A stretch of 63,803 nucleotides of DNA, counting the filler, from Cercozoa sp. M6MM (taxonomy: Eukaryota > Protista > Endomyxa: Ascetosporea): the NCBI GenBank assembly GCA_040357565.1. It is 7 parts of 7 records of this genome, joined end to end, with 100 filler letters (N's around TTAATTAATTAA, not from the genome) between each part and the next. Parts side by side here need not be neighbours in the genome. Positions count along the whole stretch, not along the records: positions 1 to 26,879 come from JBDODJ010000144.1; positions 26,980 to 31,723 come from JBDODJ010001062.1; positions 31,824 to 43,714 come from JBDODJ010000391.1; 4 more parts are not named here. One strand, 5' to 3'. How positions within the stretch are numbered: the stretch's first letter is position 1; every line of letters begins with the position of its first letter. The position numbers and the translations under genes were made by a program. Under the pieces are notes generated by a model that saw only the letters and a list, made by a program, of their open reading frames with translations, did no database searches and was not told the DNA's origin. Below, one piece after another: positions 24,583-35,312 of the stretch.

Positions 24583-25996
24583 TTAGTTGGGCGACATTCG
24601 CATGACACCAGCGGTGTACGAAACGCTGCTGTCGCGCATAGTGCGGCATCGGTTGCTCTGAGAGTAGTTCGCCCAGTGCCAAGCTGTTGACGCATTCTGC
24701 AAAGACAACAAACATCCGTCATTATCTCTGCTGCTACACTGAGCCAGCCGTTCAGGAAAATAAGTGTCCTGTACCGCAACAGATGCTAGAGCGGCCGAAA
24801 TACCGTAGCGTCCGCACACTGCACAAAAAGGGCTAGATTCGAATGACACAAATAAAACCTAGTGAACTGGAAATTAAAAGGAACTGACCAGTGTTGCCGG
24901 TCTCCTCGTAGTGATTGAGGAGTGCATCTGCGCCTTGCTCGATGGCTTGCATCGTGCTCTACACAAAATCAGTAAACACACAAAAAAACCACGGAGGAGT
25001 TTGTGCTGTATCGAAACTGGTACCTGATCGAGGTGCTGAATGGAGCGCCAAATGTCCCGTCCAAAACGTACCTCGTCATGCCACTGGAAACGGAAGCGCT
25101 CGCCCCTGTGAGCACGACAGCATACAAAAGATCACATCGACACCTTCTGCTAAGTACATCGCACCAATGACAAAAGTCACTCGAGAGCACAAAGACGGTC
25201 CCAGAATCCAGCATGAGCGGTCGTAGCAACTCTCCAATACTCTTGATATCATCTGGGGTACGGCAGAAAACCGTACGTCAACGAATGCGCGCATAGTGCA
25301 CAGAGCAGCATACCTCGACGCAACTGTCCAACAATGATGGGGACCAGAGTGACATCATCGTGCAAGACCTCTCTCAAATACGGCAGGCACATTTCAATGC
25401 TGTGCTCTTCCTCTTCGGCCTGTCAGTGAGCAAAAAGAGCATTGAAACGACCTTCCCCACGGTGCGCAAACGTGACGTACCTTAGGAGGACACAGCACGC
25501 AGTGCGGACTCAAACTGAGCTGCTCCACGGTGTGCGTGTCGACTGGCAGATCTCCCAGCGGTGTCGCCAGTGCCGCCGACGAACTCAGCAGCAACTTTCG
25601 TGTCGCAACACGGTGAGAAGGACCCAGCACCACAACTAAACGGAAGTTCAGATACTAAACACAAGACACCGCACAACACGGGCAGCATGCGAAGCTACCT
25701 CGTTTAATATGCGACTGCTTGCGCAAGTGTCGATAAGCGTAAGCGGCAGTTTCTCCACAGAACCGATAGCCAGCATGTGGCACCTACATAGCACGCGTGA
25801 AAGCCCGTCGTCGTCAATCCCCACAAGAAAGAATCCAGGAAGAAAATACAATAATCGCCTTGACGTCGTCAAACGAGGCGTCACTCCGCTCATCTGCCGC
25901 GCAAAGCCACTGGCGCAACTGTGCGCGCAGGACATCGCTCTTCCCTGCGTACCAAGTGCCAGCACGGACAGCGGTTCGAACTGGTGGACGCACCAT
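24583..25996 (-). CDS. MEMO1: MEMO1 / AmmeMemoRadiSam B family protein
   Basis: AGTWY N-terminus, HAGYRFCG, LGPSH...TPLGDLPVD, EEEHSIEMCLPYL, SSDFCHW, and C-terminal YSQSNRCRTMRDSSVSYTAG. Confidence 0.92.
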
Positions 25997-26238
25997 ACGT
26001 ATCGACGACCAGTTTCACAACAACCGAACGAAGAGAAAGTGGGTTCAATAATTCGTGGACTGCTAATATTGCCCCTTCGCGTCACAGACACTAAACACAG
26101 GCGATAAAAGTCATTCACGCCCTGTATCACAGTGGAAAACACCATCGGCTCTTTGGAGCCCAAAATTAAACTATCGGCTCAGTTTAATCGTGCTGGTGAC
26201 TATCAACAGGTGTCGTGAACGGATGCACGTGCGTGCGG

Positions 26239-26879
26239 ATGTCGTTTAACTTTGGTGGAGGTATGTAATGCGCGACCAGCGGCAGGGATACTTTCTTTTG
26301 GCAAGGTGGCCAACATGAGCCCTCGCAGTGTGTACCCGCGTGCGCAGCACTTTTTACATGTGCTGCGCAGTAATGTTTGTAAAAGCATGTGTTGAACTTG
26401 GCTTTTCTGCAATATCTGGGATGAGGAGAGACGACTCGGTCGAATTGATTGCTTCGTGCAGGCGGTGGCACCGCTGGTGGAGGCGGCTTTTCCTTCGGAG
26501 GCAGTGCAGGCGGAACCCAAACAACCGCGGCATCAATCGGCACGTCGCAGGTGCCGTTTCAGCCGACAGAGGTGCGCGACAACAAAGGTACCCTCCCTCC
26601 CGCTGGGTTACAAGAACATAGGACGAGTTGGTGTGCTGTACAGGCGCAACACGGCGTTTCCAGACCCTCACTATGATGCCTCAGTACGCAAACAAGAGCA
26701 CTGAGGTACAGTCACTGCCTCTTTTCTCTGTGTCGCATGTGTGCGTGTACACGTGTCTGTCTGTCTGTCGAAACAGGAGCTTCGCTACGAGGATCTGACG
26801 AAACGCGCGGCGTCCTCGGTGGGCGCAACCACGTCTGCTCCGGCGCAACAGCAGGTACACTGAGTGTTTACCCCCCCCC
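26239..26879 (+). CDS. NUP98: Nup98-like FG nucleoporin, N-terminal fragment with GLEBS motif (3'-truncated by spacer)
   Basis: MSFNFGG|GGTAGGGGFSFGG...GTSQVPFQPTEVRDNK|GATRRFQTLTMMPQYANKSTE|ELRYEDL matches the Gle2/Rae1-binding motif (ITAMxxYxxKSxEELRxED). Confidence 0.75.
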
Positions 26880-26979
26880 NNNNNNNNNNNNNNNNNNNNN
26901 NNNNNNNNNNNNNNNNNNNNNNNTTAATTAATTAANNNNNNNNNNNNNNNNNNNNNNNNNNNNNNNNNNNNNNNNNNNN
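26880..26979. other. Artificial contig spacer N44-TTAATTAATTAA-N44 (also at 31724-31823, 43715-43814, 52437-52536, 60645-60744, 62314-62413)
   Basis: An identical 100-nt pattern with a six-frame stop cassette occurs six times, and genes are cut at each occurrence. Confidence 0.97.
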
Positions 26980-27795
26980 CTGCGTCTCGCGGAAGCAGTC
27001 CAGCAACACGGCCGACGACGAGTCGCTCAGCTGGGGGGGGGGGGGGGTAAAGAGGAAAGTAGGGGGAGGGTTAAAACGATACCTTGGCAACAGGCGAAGC
27101 AGTGAAGGCGCGCACCGGCAGAGCCGCCGCCTCGAGCGACGTGTCCACCAGCAGGTGCACACACGGCGCGTGGTCCGCGTGTTGCGAGAACACCTGCAGA
27201 CATACAGGGGTAAAGAGGAGAAGAGAGGGGGGCAAAGGAGCCAAAGGAGCAGAACTCACAGTGTGCAACTGCGAGGAGGCCACGTCGAGCTGACTGCCGG
27301 TCGAGTACCAGCCCACGATGACCTCCGAGTCGTCGGCCGCCGAGTACAGCGCCTTCAGCGCCGTCAGCTGTTCCTCCTTCACCGACGTCTCATCGGCGCC
27401 CTGTAAGCACACACAAACACCCATGCTTTCACCCTCACACTCACCAACACACACACAACTCACAATTCACAAGCACAAAAGAGAAAACGCTCACCTCGAC
27501 CAAGGCCACGGGGAAACTGTTCGTGATTTCGACAGCGCCGCTCGTTGACGACGACAGCAGCGCACCAACCACGCGGGAGGCACCCTTCGGCCGTCTCGTG
27601 TGGTGCTCCAGCACGTTCAGCACAACCTGCAGAAACGCGCAAAATACCAGAAAATCCAATTACCGCACAAAAGATCATTTCGACAAAGCAAAACAGAAGA
27701 AAGCCTGCGCTCACAAATCAGAGACAACGCACACTGGGATGCACTTTGAATGCCATGTCGGCACCGGCATCGAGCACGAAAGTGGAACTAGACAT
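26980..27795 (-). CDS. EIF3F: Translation initiation factor 3 subunit F (MPN domain), 3'-truncated
   Basis: KVHPS|VVLNVLEHHTRRPKGASRVVGALL...VEITNSFPV, EVIVGWYSTG, CVHLLVDTSL. Confidence 0.88.
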
Positions 27796-28018
27796 GAGTT
27801 GGACTGTCCTGGGGGCCGATTTCTGGAAAATGTTGTTGTCACGGGCTCGACCTTTATCCAAACGCCACGCACACGGCACACTCCGGGTGTAGTGTATGCG
27901 TGCCAGCGCGTTCGTTCTAATAGGAGTGCCGATTCTCACAAAACCTCAAAATAAAAGCACGCGGAATCTGCGCCGTCGCGACTCCCGCGTGTACTCTGTC
28001 GTGTGAGCACACTAAGAC

Positions 28019-30671
28019 ATGTCCTCTTGTGCGTTTGGTTATACCAAGACCGAAGCGGGTCCATGCTGGGCTGATCCGTGTGCTTGTGTTCTGTGTTTTC
28101 TTTGGTCACTTTTTTTTTTGTGATCGACTTTCAATTCATGCGTTTCTCGTACAGACATCCAGTCGGAAGACAAGGTCGCCGAAGTCGATGGCTCCAAGTG
28201 GCCGCTGCTGCTCAAGAACGCAGACAAGCTGCAGGTGCGCGAGCACAAATTCACTGCGCTTCCGGATGCCGGTATTTTTGCGTTTTTGACCGAAATTCGT
28301 CCCAAACCTCGAAAACGGACCTGGGATTTGCTGATGTCCCAAATGGCTTCTATCTAGGCTGTGAGCCGCTGAAGCGTCCGCTCGCCGACTACGTGCGTCT
28401 GGGCTGCATCAACTTGGACAAGCCGTCGAACCCGTCGTCGCACGAGGTGGTGTCTTGGGTGAAGCGCATCCTCGCGTCGCTTGGCGTCGAGAAGGTGCAG
28501 TTTCTTTTTCGTGCTCTTTGCTTGACACGATATTGTGTTTGTGCAGGTTGGCCACTCGGGTACGCTGGATCCGGCAGTGACGGTAGCGTTTTCCGTTGTG
28601 TGCTTTGTGTGCTTTGAGAAAGACTGATGTGTGTAACTCAGGGCAACCTGATCGTGTGCATTGACCGTGCCACGCGTCTGGTGAAGGCGCAGCAGTCGGC
28701 TGGTAAGGAGTACGTGGCCGTGGTGCGCTTCCACGGCGACACGACGGAGAAGAAGTTCAAGCAGGTAGTTCTCTCTGTGTATTCCGTGATTGTTCCGTGA
28801 CTTGATATCTTGACGTGCTATCTCGTCGTGTGCCTGGACAGGTGCTTGAGGAACTGACGGGCCCGCTGCTGCAGCTGCCGCCGGTGATCTCGGCCGTTGC
28901 GCGTCGCCTGCGCGTGCGAAGAATCTATTGGAGCAAGCCGCTGCAGTTCGATGCCGAGCGCAAGCTTGCCGTGTTCCACGTGTCGTGCCAGGCCGGCACC
29001 TACATCCGTACGCTGTGCAACCACATCGGCGTGCTGTGCGACGGCGTCGGTGCGCACATGGAGGAGCTGCGTCGTGTGCGCTCGGGTCTGCTCGGCGAGC
29101 AGGACAACATGGTGACGATGCACCAGTTGCTGGACGCCATGTACCAGTACGAGCAGACTGGCGACGAGACCTACCTGCGCCGCGTCATCATGCCGCTCGA
29201 GCGCCTGCTTGTGAACTACAAGCGCATCGTCATCAAGGTGCTCTTGCTTTCTGTCTCTGTATCTATATACATATATAAGTATACATATCTAGATCTCTAT
29301 ATTGTTCCTCCCATAGGACTCGGCCGTGAGCTCGATCTGCCACGGTGCCAAGCTGACGCTCAAGGGCGTGCTGCGCTACTCGCCCGACATCACGGTGGGC
29401 GAGGAGGTCGTCCTCGTCTCGCTCAAGGGTACATTTTGTTGTTTAATCGCATGTGTATGTGTATGTGTGTGCGCGTGCATGTGCATGTGTGAGTATGTGT
29501 GTGTTGCAGGTGAGGCCGTGGCCGTGGCCTACGCGCAGATGACGTCGCAGGAGATGGCGCTCGCTCAGCACGGCTTCGTGGCCAAGAGCAAGCGTGTCAT
29601 CATGGAGCCGTCGGTCTACCCCAAGAAGTGGGGCCTCGGCGAGGTGGTAGCATCTACCATATCTTTGTTTTTTTTTTTTTTTGTTTTTTTTGTTTTTTTT
29701 TTTTTTGAGGGGCCTGGGTTTCTTTGCGTGCTGCACTTGGGCCAGAAGAACTGCCAGACAGTGCTTTTGAGTATTAGCACCTGTTTTTTGTGCATTTCGG
29801 GTCATTTGATGTGTATTCGGGCTTTTGGTCTGGCCCATGACACGGGTGATTTCAAAACTCGATTTTCTGGCTTTGTGCCGCTGTGTTTGTACGCTCTTGT
29901 ATTGTGTGATGAACTCAAAATTACTTTCGTTCTACCGAACACAACAAGCAACAAACTCCATGAGGATATCCTATGGTCCTGACGACGATCGCCTTCGTCG
30001 ATTATATTTTTTTGCGCGCATGAGCAGGCGCAGAAGAAGAAGGAGATGATCAAGGAGGGCAAGCTCGACAAGTACGGCAAGCCGAACGAGAACACGCCGG
30101 CCGACTGGAAGAAGAGCTACGAGGACTACGCCGAGAAGGAGGCTGTCGAGGGCAAGCCGGTCGAGGAGCAGGAGGAGGTCGAGGTGCCGCCGCCGCCGTC
30201 GCTGGGCAAGCCGGCCGGTGCCATGGTCGACGAGGAGGCTGACGAGGAGGAGCCCGCCAAGAAGAAGAAGGGCAAGAAGGAAAAGTCCAAGAAGAAGAAG
30301 GAATCCAAGAAGCGCAGCAAGCCCGAGCCCTCCGAGGACACGGTACACATTGCTTTGATCAACACTGGTCTTTGGGCCTCTGTCTATTCTCTCCACTTGA
30401 GTGTGCGTCTAACTTTTGTGCGTGTGGAAACGGTAGGACGACGCCGAGGAGGCCGAGGTCGAGGAGCCGCCCAAGAAGAAGCAGAAGAAGAAGGACAAGA
30501 AGGAGAAGAAGGACAAGTCGGCCAAGAAGAAGGACAAGTCGGCCAAGAAGGTGTGTTTTCTTTTTCGCTTTGCAACACCTGACACATCAAGAGGAATTTG
30601 CACTGTCCGGGTAGGAGAAGAAGGACAAGTCCAAGAAGAAGTCCAAGAAGTCCAAGAAGTCTGAGGCCTAA
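28019..30671 (+). CDS. DKC1: Dyskerin / Cbf5 H/ACA snoRNP pseudouridine synthase
   Basis: [34 protein letters not shown]|[12 protein letters not shown]|[39 protein letters not shown] domain, [22 protein letters not shown] and a Lys-rich tail. Stop TAA at 30669-30671. Confidence 0.97.
29711..29845 (+). ncRNA. Candidate intronic H/ACA snoRNA
   Basis: Hairpin GGCCTGGG...CTTGGGCC, then an H-box-like AGAAGA (29744-29749), a second hairpin closed by GCCAGAC/GTCTGGC (29753-29834), and ACA at 29840-29842. Lies in the long dyskerin intron. Target not identified. Confidence 0.4.
29901..29989 (+). ncRNA. Intronic box C/D snoRNA, probable snR54/SNORD59-type 18S methylation guide
   Basis: C box GTGATGA 29906-29912, D' CCGA 29935-29938, C' ATGAGGA 29960-29966, D CTGA 29979-29982, terminal stem ATTGT/ACGAT. 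The D' guide ACTTTCGTTCT is the exact complement of the conserved 18S segment AGAACGAAAGU. Confidence 0.8.
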
Positions 30672-30770
30672 GTCCTGCCAGTGGCGCGTATTATGTGTTG
30701 ACGCGTACTCGGCATTTTCATCTGGCTTTCGCTCGTCTTTGTGCGCGCACCCTAGCCCCGTCGGGTACGC

Positions 30771-31033
30771 TTCTAGAAGTAAGTTACTTCTAGAAGTAAG
30801 GGGTCTTAGTAATTTGCCAATTTTTCTAGAAGTAGGTTAATTTCTAGAAGTATTAAGCTCAAGTAAATTACTTCTAGAAGTAGTCAAAGTCGGAAATTAC
30901 TTCTAGAAGTTGTCAAATCTGAAAATTACTTCTAGAAGTCAGGTCTGAAGAATTTACTTCTAGAAGTAGTCAAATTAAATAAATTACTTCTAGAAGTTGA
31001 TGCGGTTCTAGAACTTGAATTGAAGTTCCAGAA
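30771..31033. repeat. Array of 11 palindromic TTCTAGAA-type units (ACTTCTAGAAGT core)
   Basis: TTCTAGAA at 30771, 30788, 30824, 30842, 30872, 30901, 30930, 30958, 30988 and 31006; TTCCAGAA at 31026. Confidence 0.93.
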
Positions 31034-31223
31034 CCACTGTCAACTCGAAGCAAGAAAAAACCTTAAGTTGACGCAAAGTCCGACACGACGACAGATGGAT
31101 TCTCGTTTGCCCGAGTCGCATAACTATCATCGTCACCGTTCAGCTGTTCGTCTGTTCGAGGGCAGCAACATATGAAAAGTACAATACTGAAGAAGAAAAA
31201 AGTACCAAATAAGTACCGTCGAC

Positions 31224-31723
31224 TCAGCGCAGCTTCTGTCGTTTTGGGGTTGGTTCGACAGGCGCACTGTCAAAGTCTTCCATCATGTCGTCGAATTCGT
31301 CTAGACATCCATCGAAATCTTCCTGCTTCTGTCCGTTAAAAGCAAGGTGAAAAAACAGTACGATGAGGAAGATCGCCAAGCAAAGAAACGTACGAAAAGC
31401 GACTTCCATAGCCTATACCAAAGCATGACAAGACTCTTGTCGGTATCCGAAAAGGAATCGTCGCCGCTGAGCTGCAGCCGCGTTGACGAGTCTGTTTTTC
31501 GCATGTCGTCACCGTACCCCAAAAACAACGCCGGTCCAAAGAAGAAATCCAAAGAAGAAATCAATGCCTGAAAACATACAACAGTCACAAGCAGGGCGAG
31601 AGATCACAGCAGGCAACGAATTGAACTAATACGGGAGTGTGAGCCGCAGGACAACAAGCGACGCAACACCTTCGAAGTCTGTTTGTCGGTCGGGTTGTTG
31701 ACGAATTTAGTGTACTGCGCCTC
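31224..31723 (-). CDS. 3' exons of a hypothetical gene (5'-truncated)
   Basis: AG-preceded exons ALISSLDFFFGPALFLGYGDD... and KQEDFDGCLDEFDDMMEDF...PKRQKLR* (acidic patch plus NLS-like end). Confidence 0.45.
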
Positions 31724-31823
31724 NNNNNNNNNNNNNNNNNNNNNNNNNNNNNNNNNNNNNNNNNNNNTTAATTAATTAANNNNNNNNNNNNNNNNNNNNN
31801 NNNNNNNNNNNNNNNNNNNNNNN

Positions 31824-31878
<55 letters not shown>

Positions 31879-32178
31879 CGCATACTACATGATGAAGAAG
31901 CTTTCCAAGGAAGAGGAAGACACGGATTTGGTACGTCCGATCCCGTCTCTTGGTCATGCATTTTCGCACGGCATTTGTGAGTGTGAGCAGCCGTCGTCAG
32001 TGTCGTCGATCTCAGAGTCGGAGCAGTCGACGCCTGCCAGTACGCCATTCTGTCCCAGATTTGCTGCTGTGGACGCATATTATGTTGTTGTTGCTGCTGC
32101 TGCTGCTGTGCCACAGAGAAAACTGACGAGGGCAAGAAGAAAGCCAGCAAGAAGAAGCGAAAGAAGAAGAAGAAGTGA
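31879..32178 (+). CDS. 3' exons of a hypothetical gene with Lys-rich tail
   Basis: After a (GT)n intron: AYYMMKKLSKEEEDTDL|PSSVSSISESEQSTPA|KKTDEGKKKASKKKRKKKKK*, joined by GT-AG introns. Confidence 0.55.
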
Positions 32179-32207
32179 GATCATGCCGGTGTGGGCCGGG
32201 TGGCCAG

Positions 32208-32610
32208 CTATTGATCAGCAATGGACTTCCAGCTTGATGTTCGGTTAACGTGATGATAATTTTCAGCTAAGTGGCTGCGCGTAAATCGCCCGGCTGCCGA
32301 CCACCAAGTAGTCGAAACGCGAGCAACTTCTTTGGCACTCAACGAAACGACGGTGTTGGGGTTGATCGTGGGGTAAAAATAGAGCGATCGCCAATGCGTT
32401 TCTCGATCGATAGCACTGATCGAAAACAAACCCAACCACAAAGACCACACAAGCGTGCTATTGTAGTACTGTGCCCGACCTTTTGACTACAGTGTGTGCG
32501 TGTGCGCACTTCAGTGCAGTGCGTAGTGTAAGACTCGACCAGGTGACAACCCGGCGCAACCGCATCATCTGACGTGCGGCCATCCTCCTTGGATTCTGTC
32601 GTGTCGTCAT
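32208..32610 (-). CDS. Possible small single-TM protein
   Basis: Open frame RAQYYNSTLVWSLWLGLFSISAIDRETHWRSLYFYPTINPNT with a hydrophobic segment; splicing unresolved. Confidence 0.25.
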
Positions 32611-32691
32611 CGGCCGGTTGGTGCGAAGTTTCACACTACCCTCGCTGGGCAGCAACGTAGCACGCCACACTAGCAGAGCAACGCGCGCGAG

Positions 32692-33103
32692 ATGAATGCC
32701 GAGCTGACCTTGCCGTCGGTGATTACTCGCTTTGTGGACAACGAGCTAGTGCCCTATCTCGTAGAGAATCAACTGGCATGGAAAGGCGACTTTGAGGTTT
32801 CCTTCACTTTCTTCACTTTGACAGGTGACATCAGTTTGGGTTACTTTGTTTGAACGCGTGCCCAGGTGCTGTTCGACAAGTATGTGCGCGAGCAGTTGCA
32901 AAAGAAGGATGCAGTGCATCTGGTGGCTCGACCCAGTACTTTGCCTTTACTCATCCGGGCATAGTATCACTGATGCCGATAGTCACTCGTAAATGTAGAG
33001 CTGCGTGTCTCGCTGGCACCGAAGCAGCGGCGCAAAAAGACTGTGAGCACCCCAACGTCGCTGGTTTGTTTTGTTGTCCTGTGCGCCCTTCTGCAGAGTC
33101 ATG

Positions 33104-33159
<56 letters not shown>

Positions 33160-35260
33160 TGGTGCGTTTGGTTTGCGCAGCAACAACGAAAGCCGGTGAT
33201 ACGTCTGAAGGAAACACCGTCCGCTGGTACAAGTGCACATTGCATTGCAAAGGGCGGTTTGTTTGTGCAAGTAAGTATGCACGTCATGCCATAGGGCCCA
33301 TGGAGGTGCCTCCAGCGCCGCTGTCGCCGACTATTCCGTTGCCACCGCCAGTGCTGCCACCACCCGGCAATGAGGTGGCACCGCCGCCGCCTACCTCGCC
33401 GTCGGAGTCGCTTGCGTCGTCTACGACAACAGCAACGTCAGTGAGCAGTCCCACAGTGTCATCGCAGTCGCACCTGGTCCTCGAGGATGACATCTTTTTC
33501 TCCACAACGGTAGCCTCCACTCCGCAGTTTGTGAGAGGCAACACACTTTTATCTGTGCGTACAGAGTGCAATCCTGCCATCGATGTCTGCATCGGTCGAG
33601 GTGACACCCGAGATTGTCCTCAAGTCGCGTACCCTGCCCACATGTTTGCCTACAGTGTGTCACTGATACGTGTCCATGCTTGTTTTTTGACCACAGAGGC
33701 GGCCAAGTCGGAGTTTGCGTCGCTTGAAGTGCCTTTGCACGAGCTCATCGAGTCACAGGAAGGTGGATTGTCTCGTGCATGTCTCGTGCCTTGTGTGCTC
33801 GTCATTTGTGCTTTCTTTTCCTCGTGTAGCCTTCGTGACGTTCATGAACGACGCGGTGCGCACTGTTCCGGCTGCGCTGGATACGGAACTGCCGCGGCCC
33901 GAGGAATGGCGAGAGATGAGCTCGAAAAAGTACACCTTGCTACCAGTGTTCGCAGTGTTTCCAGCTCTTGTGTGACAGAGGCTTCTTGCGACGCAAGCGA
34001 CGGTCGGCGGCGCTGAGGAAGATCGATGATGTACCATCCTCGTACCTTGTTAGTGCGGTGCGTTATGTGCTGCTTCTCCCTGTGTGCAGGCCCTGCTGCA
34101 AGTGTGGCAACAGAAGAGCGTCTGCAACAGCATCCTGCATGTACCTGTCTGCACACATTGCGTTTGTCTGATACCCTCTGGAAAGAGTGTGTTCCTTTTG
34201 ACATGCGTAGTCGACTTACCTGCTGCTGACGGACTCTGCCGCTGGCGAGTCGGCCTCACAGTCGCAGATCACGTTCAGTTTCCCTGGACTCGAAGTGCAG
34301 GTACTTTGACTATTGGGGGTATGCCGAGTGTCGATGTGTTTGGGATGTCTAAGCAGAGCTTTGTGGTGGGTCGATGCTCCGTTCTCCCGCTCGGTTACCT
34401 GCTGACTGCCTTCGATGACAGTACTCCTTGCACACGCACACACACTCACACCTACACACACACACACACACACACACGCACGCCTACACACGCACACACC
34501 TATACACACCCACACACTCCGATGTTTGTATGTGTCAGACATGTTCTCGAGTGCTATGAACTCGCACTCGGTTGGAAAAGAGCTCATGCAGGCTTCGCCC
34601 GACTTTACGGCGCTTTATGACCTGGCCGACGTATTGTGGCATTCTCTGGCTATCCAGTACATGGAGCACCTTGTGCATGTGCGCGCAGACAACTCTGGCC
34701 AAGGCGCAGATGATGCAGTCGCAAAAGATGATTCTTGCATCGCTTGCGCTCGCTTACTTTGTCCACTCGCAGGTACGGCACAGCACACGTGCACACACAC
34801 ACGTCTTCCTTTCATGTTTTATCGAGAGTTTTCGTTTTCGACAGACGCGTGCGCAACAACACTTTGGCCACGGCGATCGCTTCTTCTGGTCGCAGGTAGC
34901 AATCGTATCTGCAGTACTCATGTGCAGTTTATTTGATGATGTACACTTATCAAACTAATGCAGGTGCTGAGCGTGCAACAGTGGCCGTCGAAGGACGAAG
35001 ATACCTCCAAGAATCATGAGGAACTTGGGTAGATTTATTGTAATACCACTGGGGTATTGTGGAGACATAAATGTTGTGCAGGTCTTTTTTTGCGTCGCCG
35101 CATGCCTCCTTTGTCGTATGTCGGTCTACATAATGCAACGGTTTCTTCAATGAACTGTTGTTGTACTGCTGCATTGGCAGGTCAATCCACTCCTTCGCGG
35201 GTTCCAAAAGTTGCAGCACCGAGTTAAAGACGCCGTTGATCACGCGAGCATTGAAGAGGT

Positions 35261-35312
<52 letters not shown>

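Noticed and set aside
25970-25985. GGTTCGA tRNA T-loop-like strings (also near 31252 and 42589)
   Set aside because: All lie in coding exons and no cloverleaf can be built.
26880-26979. TTAATTAATTAA within N runs as a biological motif
   Set aside because: Identical six-frame-stop spacer repeated six times; a concatenation artefact. Adjacency across it cannot be assumed.
30771-31033. CRISPR array
   Set aside because: The repeat is only 12-16 nt, linkers are mostly under 20 nt and resemble each other, there are no cas genes, and the context is an intron-rich eukaryote. Kept as a palindrome array instead.
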